DNA of 64,000 nucleotides, from the NCBI GenBank assembly GCA_032128875.1, contig JAVLKG010000011.1, forward strand, positions 1 through 64,000, written 5' to 3'. This stretch comes from Candidatus Melainabacteria bacterium 17Bon1m (lineage in GTDB: Bacteria; Cyanobacteriota; Vampirovibrionia; Obscuribacterales; Obscuribacteraceae). This document shows positions 50,180 through 59,864 of the stretch, in pieces. Both the position numbers and the translations under genes were made by a program. How positions within the stretch are numbered: the first letter of the stretch is position 1; each line of letters opens with the position of its first letter. Below the pieces are notes generated by a model. The model searched no databases. It was not told the DNA's origin and saw nothing but the letters and a program-made list of their open reading frames with translations.

Positions 50180-50260
50180 TCTGTCTTAAATCTGGGAGGG
50201 GCGAGCGCTCCAGCCGGTCGATGCATGGCATCTACCCTACACTAAAAGGGCTTGCTTACC

Positions 50261-51562
50261 TTACGCGAAAGCCTTCTTCAGCGCGGCTGCGACCTTCTCC
50301 ACGGTTTCCTCGATATCTTGCTCGCTGTGAGCAGCAGATACACAGGCTGCATCGACCGACGAGGGCGGTAGATACACGCCATTGGCGAGCAAATTGTTGA
50401 AGAAAACAGCGAAGCGCTCAGCATCGATTCGTTTTGAATCAACAAAGTTTTTTACTGGAATGTCGCTGAAGATGATCGAGAACATTGATCCGGCGCGTTG
50501 CAATTGAATGGGCAAAGACTTGGCGGTCACGAACTCTGCAATTCCTGCAAAAAGCTGTGCAGTACGGGCTTCCAGGGTTTCGTAAACGCTGTCGTCATCG
50601 AGCAATCTCAATACCTCGATGCCACCGGCCATAGTGACCGGATTCCCTGAAAATGTTCCGGCTTGATACACTTCACCGATAGGCATGAGCGCGTCCATGA
50701 TGTCTCTGCGCCCACCGTATGCACCGATTGGCATTCCGCCACCTAATGCTTTACCAAAAGTGGTCAGGTCGGGTTTTACCCCAAAGAGCGCTTGAGCGCC
50801 ACCTTTTGCGACACGTAGGCCCGTCAATACTTCGTCAAAAATCAAAACAACATGATGTTTGTCGCAGAGTTTTCTAACTCCCTGGAGAAAACCGGGCTCA
50901 GGCAAAACTACGCCCATCGAGCCGCAAACGGGTTCGATAATAACTGTCGCAACCTGCCCGGAAAGCTTATTCAATGTGGCTTCCAGCATTTCCAAATCGT
51001 TGAATGGTGTTAAGACCGTTCGTTGTTTTGTCCCTGCAAGGACTCCTGAACTCGACTGATGAGTTGTAGAACCAAGAACAGAATCACTGTGTCCGTGGTA
51101 AGCGCCTTCGAACATCACAACTACATCGCGACCGGTAAAACCTCTTGCCAGGCGGATTGCGCTCATGACTGCTTCAGTGCCGCTGCTTACAAATCGGATT
51201 TGATCGATACTGGGAAAATGTCGGATGACACTTTTTGCCATTTCCATCTCGAGCAAAGTTGGTGCACCAAATACAGCACCAGCGCTGACGGCGTCCTGGC
51301 AGGCTTTCACTACTGAAGGATGGGAATGCCCTAGAATAGCGGGTCCCCACGCGCCCAAGTAATCTATATAAACGTTGCCGTCGATGTCGGTAACTTTCGA
51401 CCCCTGTGCGTCTTTGAAAAAGATAGTGTGCCCGCCCACTTCGTGAAACGAACGAAATGGGCTGTTTACGCCACCTGGGATAAGCGTGGCGATTTCTTCA
51501 GATGCGCTCTTCGAATTCTCTGTTTTCGCTGCTTGTGTAAGCGGATTTTGGCTTTTGCCCAT
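50261..51562 (-). CDS. hemL: Glutamate-1-semialdehyde 2,1-aminomutase
   Basis: PGGVNSP, SGTEAVMSAIRLARG, YHGHSD, FDEVLTG, FGKALGGGMP, YQAGTFSGNP. Confidence 0.95.
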   Translation of the reverse strand: MGKSQNPLTQAAKTENSKSASEEIATLIPGGVNSPFRSFHEVGGHTIFFKDAQGSKVTDIDGNVYIDYLGAWGPAILGHSHPSVVKACQDAVSAGAVFGAPTLLEMEMAKSVIRHFPSIDQIRFVSSGTEAVMSAIRLARGFTGRDVVVMFEGAYHGHSDSVLGSTTHQSSSGVLAGTKQRTVLTPFNDLEMLEATLNKLSGQVATVIIEPVCGSMGVVLPEPGFLQGVRKLCDKHHVVLIFDEVLTGLRVAKGGAQALFGVKPDLTTFGKALGGGMPIGAYGGRRDIMDALMPIGEVYQAGTFSGNPVTMAGGIEVLRLLDDDSVYETLEARTAQLFAGIAEFVTAKSLPIQLQRAGSMFSIIFSDIPVKNFVDSKRIDAERFAVFFNNLLANGVYLPPSSVDAACVSAAHSEQDIEETVEKVAAALKKAFA

Positions 51563-51569
51563 TTCTGTT

Positions 51570-52091
51570 TTAGTTCTTCTTCCAGAACTGCCAGAAATGT
51601 TTACCCTTCGCCTTCGGCTCTTCCTGAGCTTCTTGTCTGTCCAAATCGCTAGGCAGTTCTACTTGGACTTTGGTTTTTGCGTGGAATGCAACATTCGTGT
51701 CCGCGTGCTGCGCGCCAAGACTGTCGGCATTTATCACCAAATGGTAATTGCCCGGCATGAGCTGAAACTTTGGCGTGTGGAAAGTAGCTTCCGAGCCTTT
51801 ATTGTCGAAAACCTTGACCGTGATTGTGCTGTACGGTCGACTGGTCTGAACCTCAACATCGCCTACATAGAAATTAGCTGCAGTCCAACAAAAGAAAGTC
51901 CCGATGGCGCCAACAATTGGTAGACCGGTCACCAGGATGGTCAAAATGTCCTTTGTGCGCGCGGCGCTGCTTGGACCAGCCGTCACAATGATTTTGTCTT
52001 CCGGCTCCCAAACCTTCTCTCCTTTGAGAGCTGGCTGCGCCTGGGTTGCTTTTGTTTGGGATGGCTTGGATTCTGTAGTCTGTGGGCTCAT
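51570..52091 (-). CDS. Single-pass membrane hypothetical protein
   Basis: One TM segment followed by a beta-rich (PEGA-like) region; 7 bp upstream of hemL. Confidence 0.65.
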   Translation of the reverse strand: MSPQTTESKPSQTKATQAQPALKGEKVWEPEDKIIVTAGPSSAARTKDILTILVTGLPIVGAIGTFFCWTAANFYVGDVEVQTSRPYSTITVKVFDNKGSEATFHTPKFQLMPGNYHLVINADSLGAQHADTNVAFHAKTKVQVELPSDLDRQEAQEEPKAKGKHFWQFWKKN

Positions 52092-52331
52092 AAACTAGCC
52101 GTATAGGTGGGGGACGTCTCTTCTGAATAGATTTCAGCTGAATGGTTACAACCGAATAGCTTTAACCGAGTAGTTTCAACTGAAGAGTGTCTATAATTAG
52201 AGTGTTGTCAATAGCGCCGGTGGCTGCCAAGCATAATAACAACATCGAGGCTTCCGATCCTGAATGTTCGTATTTTCTAAGACCGGTCTTTACATGAAAT
52301 GGCTTGGTTGAGCAGAATTTAAAAAACGCTG

Positions 52332-53894
52332 TTATTCAAGATCTTTCGGCTCTTCGTACAGTTTCGTCATTTGCTCGTATTTTTTCTGGTCGGCATCTGC
52401 TGCTGATTTGTTGCCCATTTTTCTGTAGCACTCAGCTCTGAATCTATAGGCTTCTCGAAAGCGCGGACCAATTTTTAAAGCGCGATTCGCATCTGCAAAT
52501 GCTTCCTTGGTTTTGCCCAGTGCCAAATAGTTTCGCCCCCGCCCTACATAATTTTTGATTGCTTTCGGGTCGCCCTTAATAAGTATGTTGTAGTCCGGAA
52601 TTGCATCTTTGTACCTGCCGAGCTTTTCGTAACTCTTTGCTCGCGTTTCGTAAAATCGCGGCAACGGACCGAGCGGAATCACCTTGTCGAAGTCGGCAAT
52701 TGCTTCTTTGTATTTTCCCAGTGCGTAGTATGAAAGGCTACGCGGCCAGAGAATACTGAAGGAAACGCCCAAGACCTTTTCTGCTTTTACTCCGTACTCA
52801 ACCGCATTTGTATATTGCCCGATGTTGAAATAGACATTTGTCAGTTGAGTGTAAACGGTGCCATCGCCGGCGCCGATTGCTAAGGCTCTTTCCAATTCGG
52901 GAAGCGCAAAGATATGTTGATCCGCTCGATCGTGTGCAGCTGCACGAGTCAGGAGCATCTCGCGACTCAAACACTCTGGGTGTTTTGCCTTGTCGAGGCG
53001 CTCCCTCATTGAGCTTATCAATGAGTCTGCCCCTGCTCTTTCGTCGCTCACTCTAATCGCATGCGTCGCTCGTGAGATTGAGACGCCCATTGCGCCCACG
53101 TTGTGCATAAGATAAGACAGTTTGAGCTCGGCGAGCGCGTCATCCGGAAAGCGCGAAACTTCTCCTTGCAGAGTTTCGATCGCCGCTTTGATGTCGTATC
53201 CAGCCTGCACGCGAGAGAGAAAGAAATAGACTTCAGGAACTTTCGTAGACTTGATTATGGTCCTATACATTTCGGCAGCTTGGCGCGGGTTTTTCGCTGC
53301 CGTGTCCTCTGCAATATGTACAGCGTCCGATTCACGCTGATTGGATAGCCCAGCCGCCATGTAGACAAACATTATGTGGTCGGGTGATGAGACGATTGTT
53401 TCTATAGTGTCGGAAAGCGTGTGCGTTTTGAGGTAGTTGAGCCACTTCTTTTCACTGTCGGGATCGACCGATGGACGATTCAACAGGGTTTTATACATGA
53501 GCGCTATTTTGTCCTTTTGCGAAAGACCGGCAAAGCGTTTGCGAAATTCGGGCAAGCGCGTCAAGCCGTCATACAAGTCCGTGACGGCGAAGGGCGAAAA
53601 CTTGCCAAGTCGCGCATTCCAGTACTGCTGCTCTTGCGGGGTCGCCTTCCTGTTTAGAATCAAAGAGTAGGCATTGCTGATGATTTCTGCTGGGCTCTTT
53701 GGTTTTGTCGCTTGCTGCTGCGCTGGCTGCGCGTGAGCAGGTTGTGCGCCCGCGGGTTGTGCATATCCGAACTGAGTATACAGAGGCAACGCAACAATGC
53801 AGGCTTGGCACATTTGAGCAACGGTCAAAATTTTGCACGCGAAAACCTTCGCGCGCTGTGGGTTTTGACCGCTATTGCTCAATGACTGCTTCAA
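52332..53894 (-). CDS. TPR protein with two DUF4214/phycobilisome-linker-like N-terminal repeats
   Basis: IISNAYSLILNRKATPQEQQYW and IALMYKTLLNRP...W...IVSSPDH, then many TPRs. Confidence 0.7.
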   Translation of the reverse strand: MKQSLSNSGQNPQRAKVFACKILTVAQMCQACIVALPLYTQFGYAQPAGAQPAHAQPAQQQATKPKSPAEIISNAYSLILNRKATPQEQQYWNARLGKFSPFAVTDLYDGLTRLPEFRKRFAGLSQKDKIALMYKTLLNRPSVDPDSEKKWLNYLKTHTLSDTIETIVSSPDHIMFVYMAAGLSNQRESDAVHIAEDTAAKNPRQAAEMYRTIIKSTKVPEVYFFLSRVQAGYDIKAAIETLQGEVSRFPDDALAELKLSYLMHNVGAMGVSISRATHAIRVSDERAGADSLISSMRERLDKAKHPECLSREMLLTRAAAHDRADQHIFALPELERALAIGAGDGTVYTQLTNVYFNIGQYTNAVEYGVKAEKVLGVSFSILWPRSLSYYALGKYKEAIADFDKVIPLGPLPRFYETRAKSYEKLGRYKDAIPDYNILIKGDPKAIKNYVGRGRNYLALGKTKEAFADANRALKIGPRFREAYRFRAECYRKMGNKSAADADQKKYEQMTKLYEEPKDLE

Positions 53895-56379
53895 CGTTGT
53901 AAGCGCCCTTTTTCAATCTTTGAACACCCACGACAACCGAGTTGTTTATGCCACCAGGAGTGGTGACTAGCATCTCGTTGCCTCGTTGGATGCGCAAAAC
54001 ATCCGGAGTATTATTCGTCAATCGAACATTCACTTTACTGCTAGTGCCCAACACTTTGACCACCAACTTCGAGAGGTTCTCTCTGCCTGCTTCTCTCGGG
54101 TCTTGCTGCACTTCGGCTGCAATCACGTCGACAGTAGCGGAATTACTGCGCATACCGGCGGTTCCCACGCAGAATGAATGATTGCCTGGTCTTACTCCGG
54201 CTGGCAGGATTGCTTTCAGCTGTACCGGAGAAGCGGCAATGATGCGTGCTTCCTGCAATCCGTCGATTAGAATGCGATTGTGGTCTGCATGACCATCGAA
54301 ATTGTGACCTTCGACAACGAGCATGGCACGGGGCGCGACCATCGAGCTAATTCGTTCGATCTTCGGAGCTTGCTGCTCATAAGAGGTCGTGAGAGGTTGC
54401 AGAATGTCAACGAGATTTGCGCCCAGCTCAGGTCTTGACGCGAGACAAACATTCAGCGAACGTCCCGGAGTTGCATCCTCAGGAACCATATATAGTGCCT
54501 GTCCTCGACTATCTGTTGCCAAAGCTGCACCGTTAAAACTCAGTTCGACAGATGGCTCACCATTTTTGTCTTTATCAATAATGGATGTTGTTAAAAACTG
54601 TCCTGCAATCGCTTTTTCCGGTGCGACGATTGTTGCGGCCAAACTTGCTTGACGTGAATTTGGACCGTTTGCCGGGCTTTCCCAAACCGATTGATTGGAC
54701 GAGGGAACAGAACTGGTTTGACCAGGCAGACGACTCGTTTCTGTGCGACCGGAATAGGTTGCGGAACTCGCAGAATTTGGATAACTCGACGAACTGCGCG
54801 TTGTCATCGCCACTTGGTCGGCTGGCGAACTCCATGCGTTCCTGTCAACTTCAGGCGCGTCTGACTTTGTGCGACCCGCAGATACCGGATTAATCGCACC
54901 TTTGTCCACGTACTCTTTTACTGCCGATTCGGTCTTGGCGATGCTGGGCTTTGCTTCGGTTTTTACATCTACAGCTTTTGCGTCGCCATTTTTTGCATCA
55001 CCGGTTTTCGCATCGGCCAACTTTCTATCCGATTTTGCATCGCCGTTTTTGCCGCCCGCAGCTTTGCCATTACCTGCTTTTGCTTCTGACACTTTTGTGT
55101 CGCCGGTTTTCTCATCACCTTTTGCGTCAGCCTTTTCATCGCCTTTCGCGTCAGAGTCGGAAGAATCGTCAGAGTCCTCCGCGTCGCCTTTCAGCGTCTC
55201 GTCCTTTGTCAGGGATCTGTTTGTTGACTCTTTAAGTACTTTCGCTGTTGCTTCGGCAATCGCTTGCGCCGTTAATTGAGCGCGCTCATCGCTCGCCTTC
55301 TTCTCATCTTCAGCCTTCTGCGCGAGCAGTTGCTTTTGACGAATTTCGTAAGCGCTAAGGTCTCTTTTGTATGCGACGACGCGATCAGTTACGAGAATCG
55401 GCAGCGCCGCTAGAGACTTTTTTTTTACGTTTTCCTCACCGGTTGGCGCGGCTTCTGCGCTGCTTTCGCTCAAACAATCCGAATCGATTGTGGCAGTCGC
55501 TAATTGACCAAGCCAGAAGTTGACGTTGGATTGTGTCTGGATATCAAAGCCGGCTTCGATTGGTGAGCGCCCTGTGATTACGACCACAAAGTTGCCTATC
55601 TTCTTGCCGTTCGGAGCAGTCTTGTCTTTGCATTTTCCAGCGATGGTCAAATTGAGAAGACCATTGACGCGCTTTGCCCAAACAGCGGTCAACGAGCCGG
55701 TTCCATCACCGAAATTGACTTCGCCTGATGCCCAGGATTCGGGGGATAGAGTTTTTGCAAACTGGCGCTCTTCGTCAGCAGAAATAATGCGATTGAATGT
55801 AAGTTCGGAATTGTCCAGAGCGCGCGACAAGATGATTTGAGCTTGTGCGATCACTGCTTGGTGATTGGAATCTTCTGTAAGTTTTTGAACTTGCTCTGGG
55901 TCTTTGAGCGCTTTGGAAAGGTCTTTGAGAACACTGATAAGAGACGCATCGGGCGCATATGCCGGAGCCTTCTCCTCAGCCACTTCGCTCTTTTCTTCAG
56001 CTCTCTCGGCTGCCGCTTCTACTTTTGCGGGTGATTCGGCTTTCGCTTCGGCGGCAGGTTTGTCAGTCTTTTTGGCTGCCGTTGCATCTTTCGATTCCAC
56101 GGCTTCTTTGCCTTTCTTCTTGTCGTTTTTCGTTTCCTTCACGACTGCCGGAGCGGCCTTGTCAGTCTTTGTGTCGGCAGCAGGAGCTTTGTCGGCAGGC
56201 TTCTTCTTCGCATCCGCGTTTTTGTCAGTTTCTTTTCTAAAGAAAGGCAGTGCCGCTATCTGCACTTTGCCAGAGCGCAACGCTTTCGCCTTCGCGTCGG
56301 CGGGCTGATATGCCGAAATCAATGACACCGAAATTGCCAAACAAACAGAAAGCGCAGTTTTGCTTTTACTTGTAATCAC
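53872..56379 (-). CDS. Large secreted protein with low-complexity linkers and a C-terminal IPT/TIG-like domain
   Basis: Signal peptide, Lys/Ala/Asp-rich repeats (DAKGDEK, GDAK), PKIERISS...VEGHNFDG...AASPVQLKAILP. Confidence 0.7.
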   Translation of the reverse strand: MITSKSKTALSVCLAISVSLISAYQPADAKAKALRSGKVQIAALPFFRKETDKNADAKKKPADKAPAADTKTDKAAPAVVKETKNDKKKGKEAVESKDATAAKKTDKPAAEAKAESPAKVEAAAERAEEKSEVAEEKAPAYAPDASLISVLKDLSKALKDPEQVQKLTEDSNHQAVIAQAQIILSRALDNSELTFNRIISADEERQFAKTLSPESWASGEVNFGDGTGSLTAVWAKRVNGLLNLTIAGKCKDKTAPNGKKIGNFVVVITGRSPIEAGFDIQTQSNVNFWLGQLATATIDSDCLSESSAEAAPTGEENVKKKSLAALPILVTDRVVAYKRDLSAYEIRQKQLLAQKAEDEKKASDERAQLTAQAIAEATAKVLKESTNRSLTKDETLKGDAEDSDDSSDSDAKGDEKADAKGDEKTGDTKVSEAKAGNGKAAGGKNGDAKSDRKLADAKTGDAKNGDAKAVDVKTEAKPSIAKTESAVKEYVDKGAINPVSAGRTKSDAPEVDRNAWSSPADQVAMTTRSSSSYPNSASSATYSGRTETSRLPGQTSSVPSSNQSVWESPANGPNSRQASLAATIVAPEKAIAGQFLTTSIIDKDKNGEPSVELSFNGAALATDSRGQALYMVPEDATPGRSLNVCLASRPELGANLVDILQPLTTSYEQQAPKIERISSMVAPRAMLVVEGHNFDGHADHNRILIDGLQEARIIAASPVQLKAILPAGVRPGNHSFCVGTAGMRSNSATVDVIAAEVQQDPREAGRENLSKLVVKVLGTSSKVNVRLTNNTPDVLRIQRGNEMLVTTPGGINNSVVVGVQRLKKGAYNVEAVIEQ

Positions 56380-56398
56380 GCTGATTTTGCCCCTTTAT

Positions 56399-58336
56399 CT
56401 AACGTCCGAAGATGTCTTCGTAAACTCCCAAAGTTTCGCCAGGTGTCAATCCGTATCCGACGTAATGTCCATCTAGCCAGATTTCGAAGTGCAAGTGCGG
56501 GTATTTCGCTCGGCCGGGCAGGTTTTGCCCTGTACCAGAAACACCAATGAACCCGACTATCTCTCCCCTGTTGACGAACGTGTCCTTTTTGAGTTTGGCA
56601 TTGATTCTATCTAAATGCGCATACCGCGTCACCATCCGGTTGCCATGATCAATCCATACCTGGCAGCCTCTGAAGAGGTCTTCATTCTGGTCCGAAGTCG
56701 TGTGATCCCTTGCGCACTGGCTCATTACGCGGTTGAAAGTGGGTGCGTCCATGTCTTTAAAACCATGGTCGATGCGAATAATTTTTCCGCGATCGGCAGC
56801 GATTGCCGGGGTACCCATTACAACCTTGTTGCCGCCCCCGTTAAAGAAGTCAACACCTGCGTGGATGCCGTAGCGGTAAAGGCGGCGTGCTCCCGGGAAC
56901 ACACCCAAGTGCGAAGGCAATTGGCCCTTTGGTACGGGAATTCCGATGCCGTCCAGGCGTGCGTCGAACGTACGTGTGTGTATTTCTGCGCTTGGTGCGT
57001 CACCCGAATCAAGCTTGCGGGTTACGAGACGATCTCCATTTACAACTACGAAGCCGTCTTTTATAGGCGCAAGACCCCTCAAATCACTTCCGGCTGGGAA
57101 AACATAATGAGCCGTTTGCCCGGTCTTTTTGTCTATAGAAAGAACTCGATTGTTTTCGCGCTCAACGATAAAGAGCGGTGATTGAGCATCTGTAATTATT
57201 CTCGATGGTCTCAAGCGCGCCTTGCCTGGTGCGCGATAGCCAAACTTCAACTGTTTAACGTTGGCTCTGGAGTTGCCACTAAATTTGGTGACTCCCCCAT
57301 TCTTGCGCAAGAGATATGTAAGGCCGTCGTAGGCAATGCCGATGCCGTCTCCGACGTAGTAATCGCCGCGCCTCACTTGCCACGGCATTACTTCTCTAAA
57401 GTAAGGCGTCAAGTATTTAGAGTTGGGTGGACAAACCCAAATATCGTTGCGCTCAGGGTCTATGAGAATAATGTCTTTGCCGTTAAAGGCAAGATCAACG
57501 TAATCGGGATCTGGAGAACCAGTCAACCAGAGGTTTGCACGATATTGATGCCAGGCGCCTGTTTGAGTGAAATACTCAAATAAGTCGCCTGCTTTGGAAA
57601 GAATAACCAGCGACTTTCTTGGCGGCACGGAAATCATATTATTGAATTCCTGCACCGGAATTTTTTCAATCTTAGCCGGCGGATGGCACGCTTTGAGAAA
57701 CGGCTTTCGCGGCTGACCAGCAGTTGGTTGCGTCCATTCTAGCGACCACAAATGTTTCGGTCCCAGAAAATAGAATTTTCCGTCTTGTGATACCACCCCT
57801 GATGGCGCGACCGGAGCACCGGTTTCGTCAAGCAATGGGATGAAAGTTCCCTTTTCTTTTTCCGGCGTTTTCACCGCTTGAACAGGGCGGGCAACAGCAT
57901 TTTGGTTTTGATTTCCGGCGCTAGGTGCGATTGTCGAATGCGGTTGAACTAGCGCCGGCGGAGCTGCTGCAGGGCGCGAAGGAGCCGAATGCATCGGTGT
58001 GATCGGCAGCTGGCGAATCGCTGGGTGTGGCTGCAAAATTACACTAGGTGGCAGCCCATGCAGTTGCGTATTGTGTCCGTCGATTGCTGATGCCTCGGCG
58101 CTCTCTCGCTTGCCGTGTAGTCCGCGAACAGCGTCTTGGGTCGCCGCGGTTTTCACCGGTCTGGAATTTCCTTGCGCCAGCACAAAAGCGTTTGTGGAGG
58201 CTGTTTCTCTGCCCGAAACAGACAGCGTTCTGCAGAATACAAATCCGACGACAAGCAGCGCTACTCCGGCGACAAACGGGACACGGCTCCGTCTTGATTC
58301 CAGAACCTCGGCACGTTTGTTTTTTTCAATCATCAT
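56399..58336 (-). CDS. Membrane-anchored M23 metallopeptidase with beta-propeller-like region
   Basis: HAGVD (HxxxD), TRYAHL, HLHFEI (HxH); N-terminal TM and Pro-rich linker. Confidence 0.88.
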   Translation of the reverse strand: MMIEKNKRAEVLESRRSRVPFVAGVALLVVGFVFCRTLSVSGRETASTNAFVLAQGNSRPVKTAATQDAVRGLHGKRESAEASAIDGHNTQLHGLPPSVILQPHPAIRQLPITPMHSAPSRPAAAPPALVQPHSTIAPSAGNQNQNAVARPVQAVKTPEKEKGTFIPLLDETGAPVAPSGVVSQDGKFYFLGPKHLWSLEWTQPTAGQPRKPFLKACHPPAKIEKIPVQEFNNMISVPPRKSLVILSKAGDLFEYFTQTGAWHQYRANLWLTGSPDPDYVDLAFNGKDIILIDPERNDIWVCPPNSKYLTPYFREVMPWQVRRGDYYVGDGIGIAYDGLTYLLRKNGGVTKFSGNSRANVKQLKFGYRAPGKARLRPSRIITDAQSPLFIVERENNRVLSIDKKTGQTAHYVFPAGSDLRGLAPIKDGFVVVNGDRLVTRKLDSGDAPSAEIHTRTFDARLDGIGIPVPKGQLPSHLGVFPGARRLYRYGIHAGVDFFNGGGNKVVMGTPAIAADRGKIIRIDHGFKDMDAPTFNRVMSQCARDHTTSDQNEDLFRGCQVWIDHGNRMVTRYAHLDRINAKLKKDTFVNRGEIVGFIGVSGTGQNLPGRAKYPHLHFEIWLDGHYVGYGLTPGETLGVYEDIFGR

Positions 58337-58371
58337 TGACCAAAAATGGAGAATTACGGTCGCTTACTTGC

Positions 58372-59739
58372 TTATCTTGTTGGCGTGTTAATCACGACTG
58401 AATCGCTGATAAACCATTTGCCGTCAATCTTTTCAATCGTGTAATTGACGTTGTAGGTATCTTCCGCGTCCTTCAGTGACTTATTTGTTGTGTCATCCAT
58501 GAAGCGACGAAACTCTTTTACTTGTGCAAAACACGCGTATTTTTTGCCAGGCACCAAGTCCTGAACCTTGTTCACGACGACGCCGCGCGAAGTCATATCA
58601 TAGTATTTGTGCGTCTTCATCAAATAATTGATGGCGCCAGTTTGCTTTTCCAGAGCCTTGCCGGTAAGAACATCAGAGAGCTCGGATGTGACACGATTTC
58701 TCACCGCGGTCTTCTTAATCGACTGCCACGTTTTGAGCAATTCAGTGAAAGTGTTCTTCAACGCGTCGGATTGATTTGTGGTAGCTGCGGGCGGGGTTTT
58801 AACCGCTGCAACAGGCGGCTTAACTGGTGGTCGTACGGTTGGAGGCGGTGTAGTCGCTACTTTGACCGGCGGACGTTCTACTACTTCGTCAGGAGTGGTA
58901 TCCACCGGTGTGTCTAACGCTGAAGTGGATTTGATTGAATCAGAACTCGCATCGCGGCTTGAAACTTTGATGACGAGCGCGATTTTCTCTTTCTTGTCTT
59001 GAGGCAAAGAAGAGAGATCTTCTTCTGTCGGCGCAGCGATCGAAACTTGATATTTGCCGGCAGGCAGCGAAAGTGGCTTTGGATCTTCCTTCACAACTTC
59101 AGCTTTGGACTTCTCCAGAGCTTTGTTGAAGTCTGAAATCTTGCCGGGTTTTACTCCTAACGCTTCCAAGAAGTAGTCGGCGGTCATCTCGATGTTGATG
59201 AAATTGCTTGCCGGATTAGGCTGTTTGACCAAACACAGCTCTGCTTCCGTGACCTTTTGATTGTCGACTGTGAGAAGCAAGTGATTGTCTTGGGCATCTT
59301 TCATTTCGTTTGCAGTACGGATGGCGCTGAAAGGTCCGATGCCCGGCCACGCTCCTGACTTGACGAAGTCACTGCCTTTAAATGTCTCTACCGTGCAAAG
59401 CGGCGCCGAACCTGTCGATGATGGACTGGGAGCAGCAGCTTCCTTCTCTTCCGAAGTGGTGGAAAAATCAGGTTTTGAACTTGTCGATTCAGTGGCACCA
59501 CCTGTGGTGACCTTGAAATTGGGAGAAGTATCGATGCTCGTCGGCTGTTTTACCTTTGGGCGGGATGCAGGAGCATCTTGCTTTGCCGGCTGGCTCTTGG
59601 ACGAATCTTGTCCTTCGCTCCAAAGCGCATCGAGCGAACTGTCGTCTTGCTGTGCGAGTGCCGGTGCCGATAATGCCAGAAGCATTTGAGCAATCAACAC
59701 CGAACGCATGGCTGGTCTTTTCATATTCTCTCTCGTCAA
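58372..59739 (-). CDS. Secreted protein with C-terminal ARC6/Ftn2 IMS (DUF4101)-like domain
   Basis: Signal peptide ending ALA; C-terminal LLKTWQSIKKTA...LSDVLTGKALE...AQVKE...YNVNYTIEKIDGKWFI. Confidence 0.7.
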   Translation of the reverse strand: MTRENMKRPAMRSVLIAQMLLALSAPALAQQDDSSLDALWSEGQDSSKSQPAKQDAPASRPKVKQPTSIDTSPNFKVTTGGATESTSSKPDFSTTSEEKEAAAPSPSSTGSAPLCTVETFKGSDFVKSGAWPGIGPFSAIRTANEMKDAQDNHLLLTVDNQKVTEAELCLVKQPNPASNFINIEMTADYFLEALGVKPGKISDFNKALEKSKAEVVKEDPKPLSLPAGKYQVSIAAPTEEDLSSLPQDKKEKIALVIKVSSRDASSDSIKSTSALDTPVDTTPDEVVERPPVKVATTPPPTVRPPVKPPVAAVKTPPAATTNQSDALKNTFTELLKTWQSIKKTAVRNRVTSELSDVLTGKALEKQTGAINYLMKTHKYYDMTSRGVVVNKVQDLVPGKKYACFAQVKEFRRFMDDTTNKSLKDAEDTYNVNYTIEKIDGKWFISDSVVINTPTR

Positions 59740-59864
59740 ATTTCAGTATGCATATACCGACAATCGGCTATGAAGTTAGCATATACTGCCAGGCTTAATA
59801 AAGCTCATCCGTCCAATGTAGAGCCATTTTGACGTTTAATACTAGGCAATAAAACGCGCCTATG

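Noticed and set aside
49645-50400. ORFs with GGALHAPFF or KKGACNAPP repeats (also ORF 34..318)
   Set aside because: These are translations of the palindromic repeat; the array is open in several frames on both strands, and the longest ORF overlaps real genes.
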